Shown in pieces: positions 1 through 13,290 of a stretch of DNA of 64,000 nucleotides. How positions within the stretch are numbered: the stretch's first letter is position 1; every line of letters begins with the position of its first letter. The notes under the pieces were generated by a model. The model did not search any database. It worked only from the letters and a program-made list of their open reading frames with translations, and was not told the DNA's origin. Location: contig JAQGDQ010000507.1 in NCBI GenBank assembly GCA_030141605.1, positions 34,011 to 98,010 of the forward strand, read 5' to 3'. The DNA is from Tubiluchus corallicola (Eukaryota; Animalia; Priapulida). Both the position numbers and the translations under genes were made by a program.

Positions 1-3000
1 TGTCGGATTAAGGCATGGGTTTTATGGGCTGCAACCCAGGGGACTCCTGAGATTAAATGAAATTAATTTTTTGTGAAAAGTTACTACAGAATGAATGTAG
101 AACTATGCTGAATTATCTCTTTAGAAAAAGGCTCAATTATTTAAGATACTGTATAGTAAGACACTTGGATTGTTTCCTTGTCCATTGTTCCAACACACTG
201 GTACTGCCACACTGACAATCCTGATTACAATGACGTCATTTTATAGGAATTGAGGTTACATCTCCTCTGGCAAAATTACAGTTTAACGTAATTTGTACGT
301 ATTATATTTAATATTTCGACAACTTGTTTTAATTTCGTAAATATCAGAATATCTCTTCTCCTTTTATTGTGTTAGATTTGCACACATCTATGTGGGTCTA
401 ATGTTGGCATTATGTTGTAGAAGTTGAATAAACTGATTTGAAGAATTCAACATTCATGCTTTTGTTAATTGTCACTGTGGGTCTAATGTTGGCATTATGT
501 TGTAGAAGTTGAATAAACTGATTTGAAGAATCCAACATTCACGCTTTTGTTAATTGTCACTATGGGTCTAATGTTGGCATTATGTTGTAGAAGTTGAATA
601 AACTGATTTGAAGAATCCAACATTCACGCTTTTGTGAATTGTCACTATGGGTCTAATGTTGGCATTATGTTGTAGAAGTTGAATAAACTAATTTGAAGAA
701 TCCAACATTCACGCTTTTGTTAATTGTCACTATGGGTCTAATGTTGGCATTATGTTGTAGAAGTTGAATAAACTGATTTGAAGAATCCAACATTCACGCT
801 TTTGTTAATTGTCACTGTGGGTCTAATGTTGGCATTATGTTGTAGAAGTTGAATAAACTGATTTGAAGAATCCAACATTCACGCTTTTGTGAATCGTCAC
901 TGGGGGTCTAATTTTAGCATTATGTTGTAGAAGTTGAATAAACTGATTTGAAGAATCCAACATTCACGCTTTTGTGAATCGTCACTGGGGGTCTAATTTT
1001 AGCATTATGTTGTAGAAGTTGAATAAACTGATTGAAGAATCCAACATTCACACTTTTGTTAATTGTCACTGTGGGTCTAATGTTGGCATTATGTTGTAGA
1101 AGTTGAACAAGCTGATTTGAAGAATCCAACATTCACGCTTTTGTTAATTGTCACTGTGGGTCTAATGTTGGCATTATGTTGTAGAAGTTGAATAAACTGA
1201 TTTGAAGAATCCAACATTCACGCTTTTGTTAATTGTCACTATGGGTCTAATGTTGGCATTATGTTGTAGAAGTTGAATAAACTGATTTGAAGAATCCAAC
1301 ATTCACGCTTTTGTGAATTGTCACTATGGGTCTAATGTTGGCATTATGTTGTAGAAGTTGAATAAACTAATTTGAAGAATCCAACATTCACGCTTTTGTT
1401 AATTGTCACTATGGGTCTAATGTTGGCATTATGTTGTAGAAGTTGAATAAACTGATTTGAAGAATCCAACATTCACGCTTTTGTTAATTGTCACTGTGGG
1501 TCTAATGTTGGCATTATGTTGTAGAAGTTGAATAAACTGATTTGAAGAATCCAACATTCACGCTTTTGTGAATCGTCACTGGGGGTCTAATTTTAGCATT
1601 ATGTTGTAGAAGTTGAATAAACTGATTTGAAGAATCCAACATTCACGCTTTTGTGAATCGTCACTGGGGGTCTAATTTTAGCATTATGTTGTAGAAGTTG
1701 AATAAACTGATTGAAGAATCCAACATTCACACTTTTGTTAATTGTCACTGTGGGTCTAATGTTGGCATTATGTTGTAGAAGTTGAACAAGCTGATTTGAA
1801 GAATCCAACATTCACGCTTTTGTTAATTGTCACTGTGGGTCTAATGTTGGCATTATGTTGTAGAAGTTGAATAAACTGATTTGAAGAATCCAACATTCAC
1901 GCTTTTGTTAATTGTCACTGTGGGTCTAATGTTGGCATTATGTTGTAGAAGTTGAATAAACTGATTGAAGAATCCAACATTCACGCTTTTGTTAATTGTC
2001 ACTGTGGGTCTAATGTTGGCATTATGTTGTAGAAGTTGAATAAACTGATTTGAAGAATCCAACATTCACGCTTTTGTTAATTGTCACTGTGGGTCTAATG
2101 TTGGCATTATGTTGTAAAAGTTGAATAAACTGATTTGAAGAATCCAACATTCACGCTTTTGTTAATTGTCACTGTGGGTCTAATGTTGGCATTATGTTGT
2201 AGAAGTTGAATAAACTGATTTGAAGATTCCAACATTCACGCTTTTGTTAATTTTCACTATGGGTCTAATGTTGACATTATGTTGTAGAAGTTGAATAAAC
2301 TGATTTGAAGAATCCAACATTCATGCTTTTGTTAATTGTCACTGTGGGTCTAATGTTGGCATTATGTTGTAGAAGTTGAATAAACTGATTTAAAGAATCC
2401 AACATTCATGCTTTTGTTAATTGTCACTGTGGGTCTAATGTTGGCATTATGTTGTAGAAGTTGAATAAACTGATTTGAAGAATCCAACATTCATGCTTTT
2501 GTTAATTGTCACTGTGGGTCTAATGTTGGCATTATGTTGTAGAAGTTGCATAAACTGATTTGAAGAATTCAACATTCACGCTTTTGTTAATTTTCACTAT
2601 GAGTCTAATGTTGACATTATGTTGTAGAAGTTGAATAAACTGATTTGAAAAATCCAACATTCATGCTTTTGTTAATTGTCACTGTGGGTCTAATGTTGGC
2701 ATTATGTTGTAGAATTTGAATAAACTGATTTGAAGAATCCAACATTCACGCTTTTGTTAATTGTCACTGTGGGTCTAATGCTGGCATTATGCTGTAGAAG
2801 TTGAGTAAACTGATTTGAAGAATCCAACATTCATGCTTTTGTTAATTGTCACTGTGGGCCTGTTGACATTACGTTGTAGAACTTGAATAAACTGATTTGA
2901 AAAATCCAACATTCATGTTTTTGTTAATTGTCACTGTTGGTCTAATGTTGGCATTACGTTGTAGAAGTTGAGTAAACTGATTTGAAGAATCCAACATTCA

Positions 3001-3249
3001 TGCTTTTGTTAATTGTCACTGTGGGCCTGTTGACATTACGTTGTAGAAGTTGAATAAACTGATTTGAAAAATCCAACATTCATGTTTTTGTTAATTGTCA
3101 CTGTGGGTCTAATGTTGGCATTACGTTGTAAAAGTTGAATTAGCTGATTTGAAGAATCCAACATTCATGCTTTTGTTAACTGTCACTGGGAGCCTGAGCC
3201 TCGCAGTGTCTGTAGCCCAGGGGAGTAGAAAATCAAAATCCGGCACTGT
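1..3249. mobile_element. Probable MITE (cagtgccggatt-type ends) enclosing the 85-bp satellite; left end cut by window edge
   Basis: tgtcggatta at 1-10 is roughly inverse to aaaatccggcactg ending at 3249; shared subterminal ctg.a.cccagggg near both ends. Confidence 0.5.
390..3190. repeat. 85-bp tandem satellite, about 33 copies, with a duplicated 8-mer (679 bp) block
   Basis: gggtctaatgttggcatt recurs every 85 bp; identical ORFs at 920 and 1599 are 679 bp apart. Confidence 0.97.
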
Positions 3250-3666
3250 TCCTATCAGCTATTGCGACATACGTGAAAATATACTCAAGTCTGAGTATTA
3301 AAATACAGGCATAGGTGGCTTGATTTACTATAGTAAGCAATGCAATTCTTATTGTTAAGAAAGGACTGCGTTCTTAAGCCAAATATCAGGCGTTTTTCCA
3401 GAATTCTCACCCATGTGTGATATCGACCAGTTTATATTTTTAAATAAATGTGGAGATGTGGAAGTTAAAAAGTTGTTGATTAACTATATGCATAAAATTT
3501 CAGCTATATGCGATTCCAAATTAAAAGGTGCGAATTAAATCAGTGTGAATTAATGTATGCCATTCAACCAACACTGTGATATATATGTAGTTGTGTTTCA
3601 TGTAAATTATTGCACTTTTTGAATAAAGTCTTTGTATATTTTTGTCTTTTTATCAACCAGGCTTAA

Positions 3667-4454
3667 AGCAAAACCGGACCCAATCTTAAACTGTAGATCT
3701 TGTGCGACAAAAATGACTTACGTGAAAGAATTATTACCACAAACACGAATTAAAGGGAGACAGGATGATTTTTCACATACTATTCCATTTTCAAGTCCGA
3801 TGAAAAGTATACATTTTAACGTAATTAATAATGCAAGAGCATTTCTGATAATTAAATAACAGATTAAAAACTTAATTGACGGCAGGCGAGCCGAGCTATT
3901 GATCACATCATAATTTTCAATATCAAAATATTCCACGAGCGTGTTGCACGTGTTTGCGAAAGTAAAAAAGTGCTACTGTAAGTTATTTAGTGTGTTGTAC
4001 GAAAAAACTAGGCAAATTTTGAGATAAAAATTAAAATTTCACGCATGAGCAGTCGAACGTGTGTAGTTCGTCAAAAACTAACACATCTGAACTGACAGGT
4101 ACAGCACCTGTTTTTTTTTTTGCAATGCGTTTCCGAAATGCAGGCGCTAGTGCCCGTCTAACTAGCGAATGGCGATATGCATGTAACAGCAAAGAACTAG
4201 TGGCGCGAAAGCGAATTTGTGATTGTGTGGTAATAATTCCTTCACGTAAGCCATTTTTGAAAAATAGTATGTTTTCTTTCAATATTTTAAAGAGTAGATT
4301 GTTTGACCTACAGTTTAAGATTGGGTTTTCCTTTACGTTTTTAATCTATTATTTAATTATCAGAAACGCTTTTGCAGTATTAATTGTATTAAAATGTATA
4401 CTTTTTATCGTACTTGAAAATGGGGTAGTACAAGAAAAATCATCCTGTCTTCCT
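3667..4454. mobile_element. Kolobok-like MITE family A: full copy (3754-4332) nested inverted in an internally deleted copy
   Basis: TTAA flanks, AG...CT termini, segments match copies at 13291 and 24618. Confidence 0.8.
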
Positions 4455-5099
4455 TTAAAAAGAAGCCTGTATTAGTAGGGACGTGTTCCTGTACGCTTTA
4501 TTTACTTAAATCACAAACTTAACTGTACTTGTGTTTGTTTGTTTAATAAAGCATTTCTATTCTATCTTACAATAACAACGTCTGCATGTACTGTGAGAAC
4601 ACGCACTTGATTACCTCGTGTTTTCATTTTAACAGAAGAATATTACAAACAGCTAAGTATCCAAAACACTATTCTTGGAAAGCTCAAACAGAAACTTTGA
4701 TTAACAGGCTCGCTATAGTCATTGTATTCGTAGAAACTTGATAGTATGCGTAGAAAACGTAACCGAGATACTACGTTGCTTTTTTGAGATAATAAGCGAT
4801 TATTAGTTGCTCAGATGACTGGCTAACCGTTTTGGGGAAGTTAGAGAGCCTGCTCCTGCTCTGACGAATGGCATTTGCAATTTCAAGAAAGGCTACATAC
4901 CTAAGGTATATTCCTGTTCCAAACATGTAGAGTGAAGCAATGTACCGCTGCACGTATAATGTATATACTATTATAATATATACTATTTACGTACGTATTA
5001 TATAATACTGTACGTGCAATATTCATTCGAGGTACCATAGCAGTGAAACAGAACCGTACTACGTTGTGACAGTACGTGAGTGTTATTTGACAAAACAGG

Positions 5100-5680
5100 T
5101 TGACAAAACAGGTTCGCTAGCAACACACTTCTTGTCGGCCATCTTGTATGAGGTGTCCATATTGGATAATTTTCGAATTATTGGCTATATACCAAAGTTA
5201 ATCAGCCGGATTGGTTTTAGCAAACTGCAAAGTTTCGTGCTTTTATGGTAAAATGAACAATTCCGTCATTTTGTCGGAATTCAGTCAACATTTGCAGCCA
5301 TCTTGAAATTGGGTGAAGTTATAGGGTCCTTTAAGCATCAGATATTGATGCGTTGACCTTGAAAACCTATATTTACACACCAAAATCATTACGTCTGCTC
5401 TGATAGAAAAGATATAGCCATTATAAGCTAGCAAATTGAGGGCCATCTTGAAAATTGCGGCCATATTGGACGAATTTCGATTGACTTCATAACCAAAATT
5501 AATCACCAAAATTATAAAGAACGTACTACTACCACTACCACTACCACTACCTTAATCATGATAGATTCTACCACTGAGCAAAGTTTGATATTTTTGAATC
5601 AAAGTGAGCACTTTGTCCATTGTGGTAGACCAAATTAGGTGGCCATATTTTTCGACGTCATAATTAGACCATTTAAGGTG
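5100..5680. repeat. Degraded interspersed repeat (repeated ggccat(c/a)ttg motifs; Helentron/HINE-like)
   Basis: Repeated gccatcttg and ccaaa(g/a)ttaatca modules; family assignment by resemblance only. Confidence 0.35.
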
Positions 5681-6689
5681 CTCAAATTTCGGAAAATTCT
5701 TGACACGTTATTCACTAAATCAAATACTATAAGAAAATGCCTTTTGAAAATCCCATAAATCGTTTTCCTGCACTTTTTGGGGTTGGACAATTTAATCCAC
5801 TATATTGACCCTACTATGATACTCGTGCCTAGTTTCATACAATGAGTTTCTTTTACGCTGTAATGGGGGCTGGCGCTACAGACAATGCACCTGAACTCAA
5901 TTAAAAACCAATATTATCTTGTGCTTGAATGTCTGTTCAGAAATGTGAATTGAACATGAAGCCATTACACCACGTGTCTTTGATGTCTCAAAAAGAAACC
6001 ACGCTCTAAATCATAGTACAATTATTGCAATTCCGTAACCGTTTTCACACTTCATGCCTGCCGCGTGTCAAAATCGTCGTTTTGTTCAAACAGAATCCAT
6101 AGACGAAGCTTTTTCGTAACAGCGTTGTGTTGAGTTGGACTTTTATAAGCTCATATAAAATACTTTAAAGATTTCTAGTTTGAAATTTGTGACAAGAACG
6201 CGTAGATTATTTATAAGTCTCGCGTGCCGTTCTGTTACGATGCCATAATGCTTTATGATTTTCTAGAAACATGACAGAGAGAGAGAGAGAGGGTCACATT
6301 CAGCGGTTGTCTCAGTCAGTACTGTATATTGATGAAACAGATTCTATGTACCTAGAAAGTGCCCAGCTTTTCTCTAAAATTAAAACTGATAACTAATTGT
6401 ATTATTATTTATAACGAATGAAAGGAGAACCCCACATATTGTGTAGCGGGGGTGGGTCAGGCAAGTATAACGAGCCCCTACAGTTTGTAAAGTAGTGCGT
6501 GTGTAAGTAATATATATAGAAATTTATATAGAAACGATAAACTTAAAAGTGACTGAAAACATTATTAACTAACATTTCTTCATTTTTAAAATTCGAATAT
6601 ATTATATGTACAGCATGAATTCCATGTAAGAATCAAAACTTTATAACTACATAGCACAATATCGCCTCCAAATAGAAACACATAAAAAT

Positions 6690-6810
6690 ATGTGATGGTG
6701 GTGGTGTTGGTGGTGGTGGTGATGGTTGATGGTGATGGTGGTGATGATGGTTGATGGTGGTGGTGGCGGTGGCGATGGCGATGGCGATGGCGATGACGAT
6801 GATGATGATA
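6690..6810. repeat. (GGT/GAT/GGC)n trinucleotide microsatellite
   Basis: Direct reading. Confidence 0.9.
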
Positions 6811-7489
6811 TACTGCTATATAAAAAACAGGGCTGTAACGTGGAAACCTTCAATTGAATATAATATATAAAAGATGACAAACTGCTGTGATTCGTCCAAA
6901 GTTGTCACTGTTCGACACCACTTGACCCCCCGAGTCTGGCCTCCTAAGAAAGAGTTACAATAGCTTATATCAGGCAATGTAGTGAGGCAGAGAATAGAAA
7001 CTTCCCAGTCCCAACACTCCTTAGGAAATTAATTATAAAGTTCCAACTTACACTAAACCTGTCCTAGGTTAGAAGGCCTGATCTAGGGGCGGGGGGGTCA
7101 AAGGACCTGTCCTCCCTCCCCCTAGCGGACGCCCATGTTGAGAAGCTAGAATCTGATTCATGGTTCATGGTTCAAATGCAAGCTTAGCCTTGACTTTTCC
7201 ACATTTTCTTTCTCTTTACATGGTTTGGTCTCAATTTTTCTTAAAAGATTCCAGGTTTTGTTTATTTACAACGGATAATCTTGTAACCAATATTATAAAC
7301 TAATGATTGAATCCAATGTTTGTACACTTAAAGGCCTACTTGTGGCAAGTATTTGGGTAACAGAGCATGTCACCATCCTGCATTACTAATTAATCTGTTT
7401 GCTGAATAAGAAGCCAAACAGATGCACAGTTGATATTTATTCCATATGCACACAATCCATGTCTTGACCAGTCAAGTAACCAAGACTCA

Positions 7490-8555
7490 CTGCTACAGTA
7501 TAATGTGTCGTGTACTGCTGCTGTACAGTGTAAAAGAATACTGCTCATTACAGCACTACAGTGTAGAAGAATATTTCTCATTACAGCAGTACAGTGTACA
7601 AGAATACTGCCCACTGCAGCTGTACTGTGTACAAGACAACTGCTCATTGCAGCTGTACTGTGTAGAAGAAAACTGCTCATTGCAGCTGTACTGTGTAGAA
7701 GAAAACTGCTCATTACAGCTGTTCTGTGTATAAGACCACTGCTCATTACAGCTGTACTGTGTACAAGACCACTGCTCATTACAGCTGTACTGTGTACAAG
7801 ACCACTGCTCATTGCAGCTGTACAGTGTAGAAGACCACTGCTCATTGCAGCTGTACTGTGTATAAGCCCACTGCTCATTGCAGCTGTACTGTGTACAAGA
7901 CCATTGCTCATTGCAGCTGTACTGTGTAGAAGACAACTGCTCATTGCAGTTGTACTGTGTAGAAGAATACTGCTCATTACAGCTGTACTGTGTAGAAGAA
8001 TACTGCTCATTGCAGCTGTACTGTGTAGAAGAATACTGCCCACTGCAGCTGTACTGTGTACAAGACAACTGCTCATTGCAGCTGTACTGTGTAGAAGAAC
8101 ACTACTCATTGCAGTTGTACTGTGTAGAAGAATACTGCTCATTACAGCTGTACTGTGTAGAAGAATACTGTTCATTGCAGCTGTACTGTGTAGAAGAATA
8201 CTGCCCACTACAGCTGTACTGTGTACAAGACAACTGCTCATTGCAGCTGTACTGTGTAGAAGAACACTACTCATTGCAGCTATACAGTGTAGAAGAATAC
8301 GGCCTATTGCAGCAGTACAGTGCACAGGAATACGTCTCACTGCAGCTGTACAGTGTAGAAGACAACTGCTCATTGCAGCTGCACCGTGTAGAAGACCACT
8401 GCTCATTGCAGCTGTACTGTGTACAAGCCCACTGCTCATTGCAGATGTACTGTGTTCAAGACCATTGCTCATTGCAGCTGTACTGTGTACAAGCCACTGC
8501 TCATTGCAGCTGTACTGTGTACACGCCACTGCTCATTGCAGCTGTACAGTGTAGA
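7490..8555. repeat. 33-bp minisatellite, about 32 copies
   Basis: ctgctcattgcagctgtactgtgtagaagaata unit; 11-aa periodic ORFs on both strands. Confidence 0.97.
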
Positions 8556-9624
8556 TAACAAAAATTTAATGAAAACTGAACAGAGAATAGATGTGATCCC
8601 TGAAATCTGTGGAAATATTATTATAAACTCATTTCTGTAAAGCTTTTCCTTCCCATTACATGAATCCCACAATATTTACTGCCTCAGTAGGAATCTAATC
8701 GCGATTTCTAAACGTGATAATGACTAGGAAATTTTTGACGAAAACTCCAATATGATGACGTTTTAATACAGCCAAGAGCATTAGCAAGCAGAGAAAGTTT
8801 CAAAAAATACACAATAACCCGTTACACTGTTAGTGTAATAACTACTAATACAGGTAAAGATTTTTTTGTACATAACATTTTGGAATTTTTTGTATAAATA
8901 CAGAACAGAAAGAAAGTAAGACGGACAGACTTCCAGACAGAAAGCAGACGCACTACACCGTCTAGTCGGCTGCTCCTCTTGCGCCCTCTATGCCAGTGGA
9001 ACAGGTGCTGCGATGTAAAGAACCACAGCTCAATTATAGAATGGCCGCATCTCTGCGTACTTATAGACGCCAGTATGCACTGAATTCGCAACGGACAATT
9101 CCACTACGGGAGTGGGGGGGGGGGGTGTATGAAAATAAACGGCATTTCGCGCACACAACATTATGTACTCTAACGATAGAAGAAAATGGGTTAAAAGCTT
9201 GCGTGTAGGACTGTAAAATAACGACGAAGCGACAAAGAGTCTTTAATTCAGCATAAAGCGTGATGAGAAACGCGCTTCTGATAAACATTTTCGTTAGATG
9301 ATGCAAGTAAATATAAATTTAAAGATGTGATGTTAACAAGCTTCCTGTTAAAATTATGATGACGATGAGGATTAAATTAAACAACTAATAACAACAGCTT
9401 AATATTAATTCCAAGAATATCAAATGACATAAGATGATAGGCTTATATTCTATTTTGCTTTTTGAACAAACTAAATACTTCAGATGTTTACAGTTGATTT
9501 AAAGTGTAATTCACAATACAATAAAAATTACAATTAGGCGAGTAACCAACCAACTTGCTTCGTAGCTGTACTCTAATTGTTACTGTTGTTATTTAAATAT
9601 TATCTATACGAATAACTTATAAAC

Positions 9625-10092
9625 TGTACCATAATTCTAAGCGTTCTGTCCATGTATTGTAATTCTAAGCGCTCTGTCCATGTAACATAATTCTAAACAT
9701 TCTGTCTATGTACCATAATTCTAAACGTTCTGTCCATGTACCGTAATTCTAAGTGTTCTGTCTATGTACCGTAATTCTAAGCATTCTGTCTATGAACCAT
9801 AATTCTAAGTGTTCTGTCCATGTACCTTAATTCTAAGTGTTCCGTCTACGTACCATAATTCTAAGCGTTCTGTCTATGTACCATAATTCTAATGTTCTGT
9901 GTATGTACCATAATTCTAAGCGTTCTGTCTATGTACCATAATTCTAACGCTCTGTGTATGTACCATAATTCTAAGTGCTCTGTCTATGTAACATAATTCT
10001 AAGCGTTCTGTCCATTGTACCATAATTCTAAGTGTTCTGTCTATGTACCATAATTCTAAGCATTGGGTCTATGTTCCATAATTCTAAGCATT
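9625..10092. repeat. 28-bp minisatellite, about 17 copies
   Basis: taccataattctaagcgttctgtctatg unit (9851, 9879...). Confidence 0.95.
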
Positions 10093-10479
10093 ATCTCTGA
10101 GCTACAAAAGCCTGTAATTGCACTAACTGTGTGTCAAATGAAGTGTTGAATTAATTGTAAATTCTTGGAAATTATTCTTTTATTAGCAAGCTTTTTTTAT
10201 TTAGTACCTTGCACTCAGCAATTGTACTGCGAAAATACATGCATTAGACAATTCAAACTAAACTGTAACTGAGGTAACAAATCAAGGTTAATCACGCCAG
10301 ATTAGTATAAGCTTATCCTGTATTTTTCAAGGTCATATTTCTTTTAGTGCAACAGCTTTACTATACAATATTGAGCAATTTCAGTAGCTATTACACACTG
10401 ATGATGATGACAAAGATCAATAATGTTATAAAATCCTGACAAGTTCTTCGACTGTCATACCTGTTGATTACCTCCTGGG

Positions 10480-10656
10480 GTGGGATGACGGGAGATCACG
10501 TCTGATAAACAACTACATAAACTGCAACCACATAAATCAAATGGCGGATGAAACTTCCCAGAGCGAGTACTGAACTCAAACGGTCACGCATCCATTAACT
10601 GACCTGACTTTGCGTTGCTTGACTTCAACCTCAAATCACTCAGGCATTCGCCCCTC
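10480..10656 (-). mobile_element. Degraded 5S rRNA-derived SINE (SINE3-like)
   Basis: Minus strand gaagtcaagcaacgcaaagtcaggtcagttaatggatgcgtgaccg resembles the 5S A box-IE-C box (gaagctaagcagggtcgggcctggttagtacttggatgggagaccg), then non-5S body. Confidence 0.55.
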
Positions 10657-11215
10657 CTACAGCACCCAATTTGCTACGATACAAAAACAATCCCTGTGAG
10701 ACCCACAAATGCAAAAGGACATCCGCAAAGAAAACGTACTAAAACGTGCAGTGTACCATCTCATAATTAAGCTAACGTACCACACACGCCTTAGTAGAGA
10801 AATGCCCTGCAAAACGAAACGAACTTGCTGAAAAGCAACGTGTCGATTAGTTGTCATAGACACGGCCGCTCACTTATACTAATATTGATTAAACAAATTT
10901 TCAAATATTAAAACAAGTTTGTGTGTGCTGAAGCCAAGTAGTGTGCTGAAGCCAGGTGATATTACAGAAATGTAACTAGCAGAGCTGTTACGTGTCAGCA
11001 AAATCGTTAAGTTGTACAAACACCGTCCATAGTAAGTGTTCACAACTCGGTCGAGTGCATATACTTGAGTCACAGATATGTGTACATGCAAAATAAGTCA
11101 TAGATAGTCACAGCAGGTGTCAGCAATTGCTGGCAAGTCGGTCAAGTGTATGTACTCGAATCATAAATATGTGCGAGTCATATGAGTCATAGATATGTGT
11201 ACGTGTCATTAAAGT

Positions 11216-11992
11216 CATAGATATGTATACAGTTCACATATTTTAAATGAAACATCCCCCATAGAAAGTTCACGAAACATTGCAGTGCACAGACACTGTT
11301 TCTACGTTTCGTGATTCAGAACACTTCGTCATTCTAGTTACAGACTATTCACTGATACGCGGACAGACAGACATACACACAAACGAGATAGATTACTCGA
11401 TAGTTCCAGTCATAGATGTGTATACAGGTCATATGTTTTAAATGAAACATCCCCCATAGAAAGCTCACGAAACATTGCAGTGCACAGACACTGTTTCTAC
11501 GTTTCGTGATTCAGAACACTTCGTCATTCTAGTTACAGAGTGTTCACTGATAGACGGACAGACAGACATACACACAAACGAGATAGATTACTCGATAGTT
11601 CCAGTCATAGATGTGTATACAGGTCACATGTTTTAAATGAAACATCCCCCATAGAAAGTTCACGAAACATTGCAGTGCACAGACACTGTTTCTACGTTTC
11701 GTGATTCAGAACACTTCGTCATTCTAGTTACAGAGTGTTCACTGATAGACGGACAGACAGACATACACACAAACGAGATAGATTACTCGATAGTTCCAGT
11801 CATAGATGTGTATACAGGTCACATGTTTTAAATGAAACATCCCCCATAGAAAGTTCACGAAACATTGCAGTGCACAGACACTGTTTCTACGTTTCGTGAT
11901 TCAGAACACTTCGTCATTCTAGTTACAGAGTGTTCACTGATAGACGGACAGACAGACATACACACAAACAAGATAGATTACTCGATAGTTCC
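11216..11992. repeat. 195-bp tandem repeat, 4 near-identical copies
   Basis: ttaaatgaaacatccccc recurs every 195 bp; each unit has a GACA/CA microsatellite. Confidence 0.95.
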
Positions 11993-12480
11993 TCCTTTAT
12001 AGAAGCACTACAATAATAACAAACGTTAATTGGCTTCGAGCATTCTGTCAATAGACTCATGCGAATCCTTTTACGTTCTGTCAACGTCAGCAACTTTGAC
12101 AGTCAATAACGAAAACAAGCGAGATAAAAAAAAACAATAACTTGTGAGAATAACCCAAGCCAGGTATCACTACTAGGCTTAGTGTTCTATACCGACGTCT
12201 AAGTTTCAAGCCAAACATAAATAAGAGAGAACATTGTTCTTCTGACTGGTAGATGCTACAGAAAAGGTCATTGGTGTAGAAACTGGAGAAACTGGAAAGA
12301 CCAGAAGAGTAAACGAGCTGTTACTCACTCACAAGGCAGTTTTTGTCACAAAAGGAGTAGTGTTCTATGCTCCTATGCATACAAACACATTATCTGATAT
12401 GACTCATTCATACTAACAATAACCAATATAAATCGTCGAATAAAAGTAATGAATCTTTACGAGTTAAGCTTCGGCCTTGT

Positions 12481-12610
12481 GGCTTGATAGCTCAAATGGT
12501 TTGAGCATGTAGCATGAAATCACAAGGTTATGGGTTCGAGTCCCGGCTGACTCATAATTTTTCAGACCCTCTTCTTCCTAAACTTGACTGTTAATTAGTC
12601 TAGTCAAAGA
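12481..12610 (+). mobile_element. tRNA-derived SINE
   Basis: A box tagctcaaatggt, B box ggttcgagtcc; related copies at 56051 and 16430. Confidence 0.65.
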
Positions 12611-12934
12611 TCTTTTCCCTATTTTCTCCTGGAGTATATAAGTAGTGTACCACAAAAACAACTTTTCAATCATGTATCACGTGACTTTTGCATACCGCTA
12701 AAGACAGGAAGCCATGACTGGTCAATGCACCCAAGTGAACAACAGTACAGCACAGATTTAATGTATCCGACAGTCATGATGATTTAAACTCCTCTCTAGT
12801 CTAAGTAAAATGTAGTAATTGCCGTGATCAATTAGGGGCATGTAGAGAATTCACGTCGTACTTAACATGCTGTTTCCTGCATATCATCTTTTAAAATGTT
12901 GTCTAGTCCAAAGGAAAGCTGTTCGTGCTTTGCG

Positions 12935-13200
12935 TCGAATGGTATGGTCCAATGGTAGCGTGCTCGGTTACCCCAACCGGAGGTCGAGGGTTCAATTCCC
13001 GACTGAGTCAAACCAAAGACTTAAAAAATGGTACCGCTGGTTCTTTGACAAAACATCGAAGGTATATCGAAGTAAAATGCGAGTAATAATAAACGGGACC
13101 ACCTTGGAAATAAGTAATGAGTTACTTAACGTAGCATCCTTGGACTTCACAGGACGTAGTAAGTATGACACGCTAAAAAATTATCTCTTAATGTACGACT
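12935..13200 (+). mobile_element. tRNA-derived SINE with MetaSINE-like core
   Basis: A box tggtccaatggt, B box ggttcaattcc, then gtcaaaccaaagacttaaaaaatggtacc core; superfamily call from memory. Confidence 0.6.
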
Positions 13201-13290
13201 GGTGAATTATGTAATGACTACTCCATCTAATACAGTTTGTAGGGGATTTCTATGAAACCATTTTTCTAACCATACTCTGTGATATTTATA

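Noticed and set aside
390-3190. CRISPR-like regular repeats (also 27703-28353, 49121-49590)
   Set aside because: Units are contiguous with no unique spacers, there are no cas genes, and the context is eukaryotic
4900-4926. Possible first coding exon MFGTGIYL with GTATGT donor on the minus strand
   Set aside because: Too short to distinguish from chance; no downstream coding exon found in the window
7390-8558. 379-aa and 374-aa ORFs on opposite strands
   Set aside because: Products of a 33-bp (3n) minisatellite; no unique domains, and the nearby minus-strand acceptor does not give an open frame through the array
10575-10630. 5S rRNA gene
   Set aside because: Only the internal part resembles 5S, with many mismatches
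12481-12560. Functional tRNA genes (also 12935, 38925, 56051)
   Set aside because: A/B boxes are present but stems do not pair convincingly and diverged copies share downstream body sequence, so they are SINE heads
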